Below the pieces are notes generated by a model. It was not told the origin of the DNA and ran no database searches. It saw only the letters and a list, made by a program, of their open reading frames with translations. Positions 27,082 through 36,487 of a DNA stretch of 64,000 bases are shown here, piece by piece (the stretch's first letter is position 1; each line of letters opens with the position of its first letter). Source of the DNA: a virus (taxonomy: Duplodnaviria > Heunggongvirae > Uroviricota > Caudoviricetes); the IMG/VR virus record IMGVR_UViG_3300043313_000558; one strand, 5' to 3'. Position numbers and translations under genes: made by a program.

Positions 27082-28320
27082 TCATAGCCCGTCCTCGTCC
27101 CTGTCCTTGATCTCCTCCGCCTCGTCCTTGGTGATCTCGCGGAAGTCGCCGTGGTTGGCGTCGTAGAGGTTGAAGAACAGGTCACCGGAGGACCCGTGCC
27201 GGTTCTTCTCGATGGAGGACACCGCAGCGCCCTTGCCGAAACGCTTCATGGTGATCACCACGTCGCCGTCGTTGCCCAGGTGGTCGCTCTGGGCCAGGGT
27301 GTGCAGGGCTGGCGGACGCCACCGCACGCTCACTCCATCCCGGTTGATCTGGGAGGCGGCGATGATCGGGTGGTACTTGGCCAGACAGGTGGCTTTCAGC
27401 CCGTTGGAGATCTCGGCGATGATCCGGTAGTCCTTGATCGCAGGCAGGCCCTCGTCGTTGCGCATCAGCCCGACGTAGTCGATCACGGACAGGTCGAAGT
27501 CACCTGCGTGGCTGTTCACCAGGCCCGGGGTGACCAGCCCCATGGACATCTCGTGGATGTGCACCGAGCCGGGGACCTGCTCCTCGATGGACTGCAGCAA
27601 GTGCTTGTAGTCGGCGTGCGGCCAGGTCCGGCGCAGCATCGCGTTGGCATCGACCTTGTGCCCGAGGCGACGACCCAGCGCAGCGTGCAGACGGACCTGG
27701 GCCTGCCTGCGGGTCATCTCCAGCGAGTAGAAGACCACGCTCTTGCCGTGCACCGCCGCCTCGGCAGCCATGTCGAGCAGGAAGGAGGACTTGCCGTGGC
27801 CCTGCCGGGCGGCGAAGTACCACAGCTCACCGGCACCGATGCCGTTGGTCCGGGTCTCCAGCGAGTCCCAGGGGACCGGGATCCGGGGCTCTCGCACGTC
27901 CTCGTAGCCGTCCAGGAAGGCGTAGTCGACCAGGGCGTTGCCGGGCTTGGGGGATACCACGTTCATCTTGCAGTTCTCGAAGAGCTTGTAGGCCCCCTCC
28001 ACGTCGTCGCGGTCCAGGGCCATGGTGGCGTCACGCAGCCGTTGCTGCATCTTGCGGCGGTCGAACTTCATCCGGATCTCCCGGGCGGGCCAGCCTGCTG
28101 AGGCGTGGTCGGCCGCGTACGGGAAGGCCGGGAAGGCGGCCAGGAGTTGGGAGCCGGACGGACAGGTGCCGTACTGCCGGTAGTTGGTCAGCACCCACTC
28201 GTACTCGTTGCGGTGGCCGGTGAAGTGCTCGGGCCGCAGCCCGTAGGACTCCCCCAGACCGGGGTCGTTGCTGTTGACGATGGCGGAAATGAGCAGCGTT
28301 TCAGGAGTCGTCCGTGCCAT
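27082..28320 (-). CDS. dnaB: DnaB-family replicative helicase
   Basis: Walker A ARQGHGKSSFLLDMA; RecA-like C-terminal domain layout; conserved leader motif shared with dnaE. Confidence 0.75.
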   Translation of the reverse strand: MARTTPETLLISAIVNSNDPGLGESYGLRPEHFTGHRNEYEWVLTNYRQYGTCPSGSQLLAAFPAFPYAADHASAGWPAREIRMKFDRRKMQQRLRDATMALDRDDVEGAYKLFENCKMNVVSPKPGNALVDYAFLDGYEDVREPRIPVPWDSLETRTNGIGAGELWYFAARQGHGKSSFLLDMAAEAAVHGKSVVFYSLEMTRRQAQVRLHAALGRRLGHKVDANAMLRRTWPHADYKHLLQSIEEQVPGSVHIHEMSMGLVTPGLVNSHAGDFDLSVIDYVGLMRNDEGLPAIKDYRIIAEISNGLKATCLAKYHPIIAASQINRDGVSVRWRPPALHTLAQSDHLGNDGDVVITMKRFGKGAAVSSIEKNRHGSSGDLFFNLYDANHGDFREITKDEAEEIKDRDEDGL

Positions 28321-28353
28321 GCGGGGGTCCTTCCAGGTTCAGAGCGTCTGGCG

Positions 28354-28382
28354 AACCTAGCAGAGTTGCCTAGGGTTGACAA
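28354..28382 (-). promoter_or_regulatory. putative promoter upstream of dnaB (TTGTCA-17-TAGGTT on minus strand)
   Basis: plus-strand aaccta at 28354-28359 and tgacaa at 28377-28382 with 17-nt spacer. Confidence 0.3.
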
Positions 28383-28674
28383 TGGTCCGAACGGCCACAT
28401 CCTCGGGCCACACCCAGACCATCCGGGTCCTGCCCTGGACCTGCACTCCCCCGTTGTGCGGGCATGGCCAGGTGGTCTTGTGCCCACAGGTGGTACAGCG
28501 GGCATGGACCGAGGAGATCTGGCCGGAGAAGCAGGTCTTGCACAGGTAGGTGACCCGGAAGTAGGTGTCGTCGAGCTCACGAACAGGGCGGACGCGTCCG
28601 TCGTGCAGCTTGGGGCAGTCAGGGTGAGCGTGGACCGCGCCCTTGCGGAGCCGACCAGTGCCGTACCAGGTCAT
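28357..28674 (-). CDS. Cys-rich 105-aa protein
   Basis: internal start MTWYGTGRLRKGAVHAHPDCPKLH..CKTCFSG..CTTCGHKTTWPCPHNG. Confidence 0.35.
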   Translation of the reverse strand: MTWYGTGRLRKGAVHAHPDCPKLHDGRVRPVRELDDTYFRVTYLCKTCFSGQISSVHARCTTCGHKTTWPCPHNGGVQVQGRTRMVWVWPEDVAVRTIVNPRQLC

Positions 28675-28792
28675 GCGACCATCCTCCACCCGCAGGCGAG
28701 GCACCTGAAAAACGTTTTGGATTTTGACACAAAAATAGGACCAGAAGCCCCCGCCGAAGCGGGGGCATAAAGGTCCAGAAACACGAATATTT

Positions 28793-29188
28793 TCAGGAGC
28801 CCCCGTCCGCGAGGACGGGGGCATAGAGGGCAGGGCGGTACGACTTCAGTCGGTGACAGTTGGAGCAGAGGGTCTGTAGGTTCTCGGCACGGTGGTCAGA
28901 CCGGTCGCCGTTGATATGGTCCAGGTCCATCTGACACAGGTCACCCACGAAGCCGCAGCGCACGCAGGTGTTGGTCTTGTGGTCCTTGAAGGTGTTGCCA
29001 GCGCGGTCACGGTTCATCCGCTGCTGGTGGGCTCGATAGGCCACGTCACACCGGTAGGTGTTCCCGTAGACCTTGATCTTCACCGGCCCATCCACCGCGC
29101 ACACCGCGGTGAGGGCCTCGAAGTCCTTGTTGGTCAGCTTGTGTACTTTGACTCCCATGGGGACATAGTACACCCCACCCAAACGCAA
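28793..29188 (-). CDS. HNH endonuclease
   Basis: CVRCGF..DLDHINGDRSDHRAENLQTLCSNCHRLK canonical H-N-H. Confidence 0.7.
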   Translation of the reverse strand: MRLGGVYYVPMGVKVHKLTNKDFEALTAVCAVDGPVKIKVYGNTYRCDVAYRAHQQRMNRDRAGNTFKDHKTNTCVRCGFVGDLCQMDLDHINGDRSDHRAENLQTLCSNCHRLKSYRPALYAPVLADGGS

Positions 29189-29202
29189 AAATGGTCAGTA
29201 AG

Positions 29203-29238
29203 CCCTCCCTCGCGCCCCGGAGGTGGGCGCGGGGAGGG
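29203..29238 (-). terminator. long GC hairpin (about 15 bp, one mismatch) followed by a T-run on the minus strand
   Basis: ccctccctcgcgcccc / gggcgcggggaggg; aaaa run at 29186-29191 on plus strand. Confidence 0.45.
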
Positions 29239-29283
29239 ATAGGGCCGGTACTGCTGGCCCGATGGGTACTGTCCTCCGTGGGC

Positions 29284-29754
29284 TCAGAAATCCAGGACGG
29301 TGACCTTCTCGGTCTTCGCCTTGGGCTGGGCCATCGCGGCAAGGTCGCCGCCATTGACGGGCGCGTTACGCCCGGCGGTGCAGCAGTGGTTAGCTGCGTG
29401 CTCAGCGCCCTTACGGCCGTCGGCTCCTGTGCCGAACTGATGTGCTGAGCAGTGGTCGTTGTCGTAGGTGAACTCCTGACCACAGGAGGTACACCGGTAG
29501 CCCGAGCACTCGATCATGGTCCAGTCCCCTTGGTCAAGGAAACAGGTGCTGTCCTCGTTGTGACAGGCCCAGGTTGGAACTCCGACCAGGATCTTGGTCT
29601 CGCCCGCGAGGAAGGTATCGCCATCGTCATCGCGATACCCATTCGAGGTAACGAAGTAATGGCCCTTGCGAGGACCTTCTGACTCTTCGAAGTAGCAGTC
29701 ACAGCTGTTGCAGTAGTACTTGTGGACCCGAGTGAAGTGCTCGGCGTTGGCCAT
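29284..29754 (-). CDS. Cys-rich 156-aa protein
   Basis: CNSCDC ... CTSCGQ ... HCSAHQ multiple metal-ligand pairs. Confidence 0.4.
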   Translation of the reverse strand: MANAEHFTRVHKYYCNSCDCYFEESEGPRKGHYFVTSNGYRDDDGDTFLAGETKILVGVPTWACHNEDSTCFLDQGDWTMIECSGYRCTSCGQEFTYDNDHCSAHQFGTGADGRKGAEHAANHCCTAGRNAPVNGGDLAAMAQPKAKTEKVTVLDF

Positions 29755-29924
29755 TACGCTCTCACGCTCCTTACGTAGCTTTCAGCGATCTCACGTACCG
29801 CGTTTTGTAGCGCGGTTTCGAACACCCCCTTCCCTTGTGATCGGGCGATCCGACCGGCCGACGCGGTGAGCGCGATCAGCAGGATCTTGGCTGCGTTTGC
29901 CAGGGTGTTCAGCAGCTTTCTCAC
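29754..29924 (-). CDS. small single-TM protein (56 aa, GTG start)
   Basis: hand translation VRKLLNTLANAAKILLIALTASAGRIARSQGKGVFETALQNAVREIAESYVRSVRA; aaggaa RBS 7 nt upstream; TAATG overlap with the next gene start. Confidence 0.35.
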   Translation of the reverse strand: MRKLLNTLANAAKILLIALTASAGRIARSQGKGVFETALQNAVREIAESYVRSVRA

Positions 29925-29962
29925 GTACCACTTCCTTGCAGGGGATGAGGCGGATGGACCCG

Positions 29963-30002
29963 CGCCGTCCCCTCCCCGGACGTAGTGAGGGAGGGGACGG
30001 CG
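29963..30002 (-). terminator. perfect 14-bp-stem hairpin 25 nt downstream of the AAA ATPase stop
   Basis: cgccgtcccctccc / gggaggggacggcg with 12-nt loop. Confidence 0.45.
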
Positions 30003-30026
30003 GGAGTCCTGAGGAGATCTACCGGG

Positions 30027-31619
30027 TCAGACCCGGACAACCTCGTTGCGAACGGTGACGATCTCGCCCTTGAGGGTGATCCCGTCGCCCTTCAGCGTGG
30101 CCTGACCAGTGGTGTGACCGGCCATGGCGTCGACGATCGTGTCCTTGAGAACCGTGGACAGGCTGTCGCGGGTCCGGTCGTCGCTCTTCTCGGAGTGCAT
30201 CAGGTGCTGCGGACGCAGGATGTTGGCCGCGTTTACGAAGTCCTTGGTCCCGAGCTTGAACTTCCTCGGGTCCTTGGCTCCGCTGTCCGCCGCCCGGATC
30301 AGAGCCGCGGTCGCGGCCTGGTCGAACGTCTGCCGGACGAAGGCGGGCTCGAAGCCCTCCAGCGCCGTGTGCACCTCGGTGTAGTCGATGTCGTCCTCCA
30401 GGCGGTCCTTGCCGACCACCCGGCGGATCATCTCCTCCGTCGCCTCCCGATCCAGCGCACCGATCTCGATCATCCGATCGATGCGTCCGGCCCGGAGCAT
30501 GCCCTTGGAGAACTCGGCAGCCCGGTTGGAGGTCATCAGGAGCATGACCTTGTCCTCCTTGGACCCGAGACCGTCGAACATGTTGCTCAGACGGCTCTGG
30601 TACTGCGGGTCCTCGTTGGAGGCGTAGGTGTCGATGTCCTCGATCATGACCACCGACGGCTGGTAGAGCCGCGCTGTGGCGATGGTGCGGTCGAGGTCGT
30701 CGAGCGTGCCCTTGTTGGACTCGAACTTGAAGAAGGTCCACCCGTTGGCGTTGGCCACGCTTCCGGTGATCTTCCCGCACTCGGACTTGCCAGTGCCGTA
30801 CGGGCCGTGGAGCAGGACCCGGTTGTTCACCTTGCGGTTGTCGGCCGCCAGGATGTCGGCGTTGCGGATGACACCCCAGACGGTGTTCTCCAGGGCACCC
30901 ATGACCGCCTCGTTGTAGACGATGGTCTGGTCCTGGGCGGTGCCGATGAAGCGGATCTCGTCGATCCCATCGGCGGACTTGGACGTGCGCACGGACTTGC
31001 CCTTGTAGATGCTGTGCTCCTCCAGCTCACGCTGGATCATCTTGAAGAACCCGGCCACGCTGGCCCCGTACCGCTTGGGGCAGCTGATGGAGAGCTCGAA
31101 GAGCATCCCGTACTCGGAGTCCTGTGAAACCCCGAGCATGAGCAGGCCCTCGAAGGGGCTGAACTCGATGTGACCCCACGGAACCTGGACCGTTTCCGTG
31201 AGAGAGATCTCCACCTCCACCTGCTTGGGCGGGGTGGAGCCGAACATGGTACGGATCGGCACCCCCCGACCGGTGGTGCCGAAGAACTTGGACAGGACCT
31301 GGACCAGCGCGAACGCGCCGTCCCAGGGCCGGTACTTGAACACGCGCTGGAAGGTCTCCTTCTGGTCGAGCGCGATCGCCACGTCGGACAGGGCCTTGGA
31401 TCCCTGTGCCGGTGTCATCCCCTCCGGGAGGGAGATCTTGTTGGGCGGGTCGACGTGGTAGGCCACGCCCTGGTCCGCGGAGAACGTGTCGCCGTTGTAC
31501 TCGGCGAGGAGCTCCAGCAGGTGCTGCCGGAACTCCTTGGAGTTCACGTCGCGGAAGGGCTTGCCAGCCGGGTCGGCGGTGCGAGTTGCCACAGTGTTTC
31601 TCTTTCCCTGTTGGTCCAT
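30027..31619 (-). CDS. classical-clade AAA ATPase (530 aa) with ~270-aa N-terminal domain of unknown function
   Basis: Walker A LLHGPYGTGKS, Walker B VVMIEDID, sensor-1 LLMTSNR, second region of homology AGRIDRMIEIG. Confidence 0.75.
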   Translation of the reverse strand: MDQQGKRNTVATRTADPAGKPFRDVNSKEFRQHLLELLAEYNGDTFSADQGVAYHVDPPNKISLPEGMTPAQGSKALSDVAIALDQKETFQRVFKYRPWDGAFALVQVLSKFFGTTGRGVPIRTMFGSTPPKQVEVEISLTETVQVPWGHIEFSPFEGLLMLGVSQDSEYGMLFELSISCPKRYGASVAGFFKMIQRELEEHSIYKGKSVRTSKSADGIDEIRFIGTAQDQTIVYNEAVMGALENTVWGVIRNADILAADNRKVNNRVLLHGPYGTGKSECGKITGSVANANGWTFFKFESNKGTLDDLDRTIATARLYQPSVVMIEDIDTYASNEDPQYQSRLSNMFDGLGSKEDKVMLLMTSNRAAEFSKGMLRAGRIDRMIEIGALDREATEEMIRRVVGKDRLEDDIDYTEVHTALEGFEPAFVRQTFDQAATAALIRAADSGAKDPRKFKLGTKDFVNAANILRPQHLMHSEKSDDRTRDSLSTVLKDTIVDAMAGHTTGQATLKGDGITLKGEIVTVRNEVVRV

Positions 31620-31699
31620 CAGGAAAGCCCCCGGTCGGATACCGGAGGCCTTTGTGAGAGTGCTACTGGTTGTGCTGGTGGTGCTGGTGGTTCAGGACG

Positions 31700-31966
31700 T
31701 CAGAGCTCGTCCTGGCCGTCCTTGCGGTACATGCGCGGCATCGACTTCATCGACGCGCAGTCCCGGTCGTCCTCCTCGTGCTGGTGGATGTGCGATCCAC
31801 CGGCCTGGGCCTTGCCCTCGAACCCCATCGCGGGCAGCACCACGGCGACCATGTGGTCACCGAGGTTGTCACCCTGCTTGCGAAGGGTGTCCACGAGCTC
31901 CTCGGGGTCGAGCGTGCGGATGTCCGCGGTAACGCGAACGGTCTGGGGGTATCCGCCATCAGCCAT
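31700..31966 (-). CDS. hypothetical 88-aa protein
   Basis: ORF downstream of the 187-aa gene. Confidence 0.3.
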   Translation of the reverse strand: MADGGYPQTVRVTADIRTLDPEELVDTLRKQGDNLGDHMVAVVLPAMGFEGKAQAGGSHIHQHEEDDRDCASMKSMPRMYRKDGQDEL

Positions 31967-32522
31967 TTGGTTGTCTCCTCTTGCGTTGTGTTTCGATTTC
32001 TTGCTGGATATCCCGGCACATGCGCGTGATGTCGCCGAACATCCTCATATCCACCTGATCAAGGAGGGAGGTTGTCCACTTTCCATCGTTGTCCGGGATG
32101 TTCGTCTCCACGTCTCGCTCCATGCGGGAGATGACGATGTTGTTATCCGCCGAGATCGTGATGACGTACTTGGACTCCTTCTTCCGAACCTTCGTACCGT
32201 CTTCCTGTATCTCCCCGGCATAAGCACCGAGGTGAATGGATACTGCCAGGACTTTGCCGCCATGGAATCTGACGAACTCGGTAATCGGGATGTCGAAGAA
32301 GTCAGCGGGGGTGGTGTCCGTTACCCCCATGCTCACGTGGTCGATGAATCCTTCGTCCAGCATGAAGACGAAGGCGAACTGCGCGGTCCACTCGTGGTGA
32401 GCGGCCATGCAGGCCATGGTGTGCAGGTTGGAGACCTGCTCATCCTCACTGCGGCCTTCCCAGGCCTCAGGGTCAACGACCACCCTGGAGATCTCCAGGT
32501 CGATGTGATCAGGGTCGATCAC
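31959..32522 (-). CDS. hypothetical 187-aa protein
   Basis: ORF with protein-like composition. Confidence 0.4.
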   Translation of the reverse strand: MIDPDHIDLEISRVVVDPEAWEGRSEDEQVSNLHTMACMAAHHEWTAQFAFVFMLDEGFIDHVSMGVTDTTPADFFDIPITEFVRFHGGKVLAVSIHLGAYAGEIQEDGTKVRKKESKYVITISADNNIVISRMERDVETNIPDNDGKWTTSLLDQVDMRMFGDITRMCRDIQQEIETQRKRRQPNG

Positions 32523-32879
32523 GATGCCCGCAGCTCATCGATCAGAGCGCGGGTGGAGTCCGTGGGGACTCCGGTGCCGGAGTGGCGTACCTCCGGACCG
32601 CCTTCGGTATCGGTCACGATCACGGCGACGTAAGCCCCCGCGACGTTCCCGTTGGCGTTGAGCAGGTTGCTTTCGGCCCAACGCACCCGCCGATCATGCT
32701 CGGTGGCGGACATGCCCACGGTCTCCACGACCAGGGTGACCTGACGGACTGTTCTTTGTGCGTCTGCTGTCACTCTCCTTCTCTCCTCACCGATGTGCGG
32801 GGGCCCCCCTGCAGGAGCCCCCGCACACCTTTGTTGCCCCGGGTAGGGCCTTACTCTCGGAGGCTCGGATCCTCCAAGC

Positions 32880-33158
32880 TCATCGGTCCTTCTCCTCGGC
32901 CGCCTCCCACACCAGGTAGACCTTGCGACGACGGCCGTCGTGCCGCACGTGCAGGCCGTCGAAGTCGCAGACCTCGCCGGTGGTGAGGTGCCACAGCCCG
33001 TCGTTGTAGAACCGCTGGGCTGCGGTACCAGTGGGGGAAGAGACCATGACGATGGACCCGCGTGGCGGCTGTGGGTCACCTGCGTGCCACTGCCGCATCG
33101 TCGGCATCGAGACCACAATGGTCCCGTTACCGCGGTGCTTGTCCTCGACGGCGGTCAT
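32880..33158 (-). CDS. hypothetical 92-aa protein
   Basis: ORF; overlap with the upstream stop. Confidence 0.35.
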   Translation of the reverse strand: MTAVEDKHRGNGTIVVSMPTMRQWHAGDPQPPRGSIVMVSSPTGTAAQRFYNDGLWHLTTGEVCDFDGLHVRHDGRRRKVYLVWEAAEEKDR

Positions 33159-34318
33159 CAGAACACCTGAGCGAGGTCTCGGTAGACGAACGGGGTGGCG
33201 TCCCGCATCCCGCGCTGAACCGCACCGGCGATGTTCGGGTCGACGAACTTCTCGACCCAGTACGGAGCCTGTGCGATCGCGTGCTGCTTACGGATCACGT
33301 CAGCCAGCTCGCTGTTGATCTGGGTGGCCATCAGCGCACCCAGTCGGTACGCCTCGTCCTTGCCCTTGACGCCCAGCTTGAGCCGGGCATCCTTGTCGAT
33401 CGGCGTGCCGTTGGTCTCCTCGAAGTCCGCCGCCTTCTCGGCGACGATGCCCTCGAAGACGACGTCGTGAGCGGCCTTGATCTCCGGGAACTGGTCCTCG
33501 GAGGAGTACGCCTTGGCGTTGTGCAGGCGCATGGACGCTGCGTGCAGCATCATGTTCCAGCCGACGGCCAGGGTGTGCCGGAAGACCCAGTTGGTCATCG
33601 CGTTGACCCCGGAGGTCGCAGCGAAGATGTCGGTGTCCTTCTTGAAGGCGAGGTCGCGGAAGACGGCCACACCAAGGACACCGAGGTTCCAGGCAAGCCC
33701 AACAGCACCGGCGAGAACCCATGCCGGTGAGGTCAGGATCGCCGTCCACCAACCTGCCTCCCAGATGACGGCACGCTTGAGGCGACGCCACATCCGGTGC
33801 GGAAGGTCAACCAGCCACTGGCCGAAGGAACGGCGCTGCGGAGTGCGCTGAAGGCGCTCCAGCTCACTGACCAGCTCGTTGTGCTTGACCCGCTGCTCGT
33901 GGGCAGCGGCCTTAGCACCACCGTTGATGGTGCCGTTCATGATCAGCTCGCTGTGCAGCCGCTGGATGTCGTTCCCGCGACGCGCCTTGTCGATCACGTT
34001 CTGCAGGATGTCGACGGCCTCCAACAGCAAGATGTTGTAGCCGATCCCGCGCAGGAGGGCGGTACCGACCTTGGGGGCCATGGTGCGGATCGTGTCCGGG
34101 GCCATGGCAGCGCTGTAGTTGGCGCTGGCCTCGACCCAGGTGGCGGCGTCAGCAGCGCTGGCCTTGGTGACCTCAACGGCGTGACCCGCTGCGGCCTGGG
34201 CGGCCTCGGCGCTGTTGACAGCAGCGGCCTGGGCGGCGGCGGCCGTTCTGGCAGCGGACGCCGTGGTGATGTTGAAGCCCGCGGCGAGGCTTTCTCTGAA
34301 TGCTCGAAGCATGTTCAT
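33158..34318 (-). CDS. membrane protein (386 aa)
   Basis: Ala-rich N-terminus, central hydrophobic segments (AGWWTAILTSPAWVLAGAVGLAWNLGVLGVAVF). Confidence 0.45.
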   Translation of the reverse strand: MNMLRAFRESLAAGFNITTASAARTAAAAQAAAVNSAEAAQAAAGHAVEVTKASAADAATWVEASANYSAAMAPDTIRTMAPKVGTALLRGIGYNILLLEAVDILQNVIDKARRGNDIQRLHSELIMNGTINGGAKAAAHEQRVKHNELVSELERLQRTPQRRSFGQWLVDLPHRMWRRLKRAVIWEAGWWTAILTSPAWVLAGAVGLAWNLGVLGVAVFRDLAFKKDTDIFAATSGVNAMTNWVFRHTLAVGWNMMLHAASMRLHNAKAYSSEDQFPEIKAAHDVVFEGIVAEKAADFEETNGTPIDKDARLKLGVKGKDEAYRLGALMATQINSELADVIRKQHAIAQAPYWVEKFVDPNIAGAVQRGMRDATPFVYRDLAQVF

Positions 34319-34459
34319 GGTTGTCTGCTTTCTGCGTGGTTGGTTGGTTTACTGCGGTGGTTGGGCACTGCGTTTGGTGATGGGGCACTGATTTCCTGCA
34401 TGGCAGGCGAAAGGCCCCGGTCCTCCCCCACCAGAAGGAGAGCCGGAGCCAGTCGTCCG

Positions 34460-34615
34460 TCAGCGGAGAACGCCGGTGGAATCGGCTACCGCGAGGAGGT
34501 CCCGCTCGACTTGAGGAGCAAAGTCGCTCGGGAGGAAGGAAGCACAGACCTTGCACCAGATCCGGTCCTCCATGACGATGATGTGCTTGTGCTCGCAGTC
34601 CGGGTGCACGGCCAC
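34460..34615 (-). CDS. candidate 51-aa zinc-ribbon peptide (GTG start)
   Basis: hand translation VAVHPDCEHKHIIVMEDRIWCKVCASFLPSDF...; begins 2 codons after the upstream stop. Confidence 0.2.
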   Translation of the reverse strand: MAVHPDCEHKHIIVMEDRIWCKVCASFLPSDFAPQVERDLLAVADSTGVLR

Positions 34616-34618
34616 GAG

Positions 34619-35089
34619 CTACGCCTTGCCGATCTCAGCCAGGGCGGCGACGGCGTCGGCGGGGTTGCGGTACGGCCGAGCCGGGACGTCGCCCGACGGT
34701 TCGGGCACCGGAGTCAGCACGACGGTCTCGAAGAGCGCGGCATGCCGGGCCTTGTAGGAGCCGTCGTCACCGGCTCGGATCGCGTTGAGCCGTTCGGTGA
34801 ACTCCTCCTCGGACATCTGCGACCCGTTGATCGGGATCAGGATGTCGTCCTTGACCAGCTCCCGGATCGCCGGGGACTGCTCGATGGCCAGGATGTGGAT
34901 CTCCTCCAGGAACAGACCCAGTCGCTGGTTGTCACCCCCTGCTCGGTTGATCGCCATCCGGAGCAGGGCGTTCTCGATGCGGAACTGCTCGCGCTCGATG
35001 AGCGCGGCCTTGATCTGGTCGGGCGTCAGCTCGACATGGGACTCCGCAGTGTTGTCGGAGAGGGCTCGGGAAAAGACGTCGCTGTTCAT
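34619..35089 (-). CDS. hypothetical 156-aa protein
   Basis: internal start MNSDVFSRAL. Confidence 0.4.
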   Translation of the reverse strand: MNSDVFSRALSDNTAESHVELTPDQIKAALIEREQFRIENALLRMAINRAGGDNQRLGLFLEEIHILAIEQSPAIRELVKDDILIPINGSQMSEEEFTERLNAIRAGDDGSYKARHAALFETVVLTPVPEPSGDVPARPYRNPADAVAALAEIGKA

Positions 35090-35307
35090 TCGGTGCTGCC
35101 TTCCTGGGTGGGGTGGATACGGCGGTTGTTGTACAGGTCGCCCATCTCGGCGTTGCAGTGAGCACACAGGTGCGGGTGCCCATTGCCCGGGACGAACGCG
35201 TGCTGGTTGGCACGCCGGTCGTTGATCTTCTTCACCGTGCGCTGCTTCGGGCTCAGCTGAGCGCTCCTGGTGAGCTCCCGATGCGTCGGCGGGAAGCGGT
35301 TGGCCAC
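35086..35307 (-). CDS. zinc-binding 73-aa protein
   Basis: HPHLCAHCNAEMG. Confidence 0.35.
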   Translation of the reverse strand: MANRFPPTHRELTRSAQLSPKQRTVKKINDRRANQHAFVPGNGHPHLCAHCNAEMGDLYNNRRIHPTQEGSTE

Positions 35308-35308
35308 C

Positions 35309-36487
35309 TCAGACCGCCTCGTGGCCGTAGTGAGCCCTGACCAGCTCGTCGAGCTCGTCGTCGGTCATCGACTTCCACTCCAGCGGGATGACCGAAGCCC
35401 GGATGAGGCTCTGCAGGTCCTGCTCGGTCTCGGAGAACTTCAGGGCGGGAGAGAAGTCGCCCTGCAGTGCATCGAAGTACTGGACCGCCTCCTGCGACTG
35501 GTTGGGGTCGAACAGACCCAGGGTCCGGCAGATCCGACCGGGACCTGCGTCACCCTCGACGTTCAGCTGCAGCAGGTGCATGCCGATCTGCTCGCCCTTG
35601 CCGTACCGGTCGACCTCGACCAGGTAGACCGGGAGAGTGGACACCAGATCGCCCATCACCCGCTTCATCATCGAGATGGCGATCGGGTCCGACTTGGCCA
35701 GGTCCATCATGTCCTTGCCGATCAGGTCCTCCACCGTGGTGGACGCCCCGGCGTTGAAGGCCCGGTCCCGCAGGCCGGTGTGCTGAGCGGACGGGTGCCG
35801 CTGCATGGTCTCCGTGCGAGCCTTCTCCATCGGCTCGACGTACAGGAACCGGTGGTCCAGCACCTCCTCCAGGACGACCAGTGAGGCGTGCAGGAAGGCC
35901 TCCTCGTCGTCGTGCTCCTCGCCGGTGTCCAGGATGGCCATGATCCGTCGGTTCAGGACGGTCTCCAGCTCCTCCAGCTCGGTCTGGGACATCGTCTCCA
36001 GCTCCTCGCGGGCCAGCTTGACGTCGAAGTACGGGGAGTCCGCACCCGGCTTGAGCTCCAGCCCGTTGGCCTTGACCAGCGCCATGGCCTCCTCCCGGAC
36101 CTGGACCAGGCGGTCGAAGACGGTGACGTCACCCTCGGCCAGGTGTGCGGCCCACAGCTCGGTGCGGGAAGCACCGAGGTCGTAGGAGTCCTGCTTGCTC
36201 TCCTTGACCGCCTCGCGGATCTTCATGCCCGTCTGGTAGGTGGCGTAGCCCAGACCGAGCAGGTAGATCGTCGTGGAGATCTTGTTGCCACGCATGGTGG
36301 TCATCGTGTTGCCGAACTTGAACGAGCCCTTGAAGCCGAACTCGCGCATGGCCTTCACGGACAGGATGACCGCCGGGATGGCGGCGATGTTGGTGCCGAT
36401 CCGCGCCTTCGCGGTGCGGTCGAGCACGTCGAGGTCAGCGGTTGCAGCGGCGACGTTGGTAACGAAGTCGCGGAGGTGGAGCTTCAT
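35309..36487 (-). CDS. hypothetical 392-aa protein
   Basis: long ORF; acidic helical regions; N-terminal hydrophobic stretch. Confidence 0.45.
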   Translation of the reverse strand: MKLHLRDFVTNVAAATADLDVLDRTAKARIGTNIAAIPAVILSVKAMREFGFKGSFKFGNTMTTMRGNKISTTIYLLGLGYATYQTGMKIREAVKESKQDSYDLGASRTELWAAHLAEGDVTVFDRLVQVREEAMALVKANGLELKPGADSPYFDVKLAREELETMSQTELEELETVLNRRIMAILDTGEEHDDEEAFLHASLVVLEEVLDHRFLYVEPMEKARTETMQRHPSAQHTGLRDRAFNAGASTTVEDLIGKDMMDLAKSDPIAISMMKRVMGDLVSTLPVYLVEVDRYGKGEQIGMHLLQLNVEGDAGPGRICRTLGLFDPNQSQEAVQYFDALQGDFSPALKFSETEQDLQSLIRASVIPLEWKSMTDDELDELVRAHYGHEAV

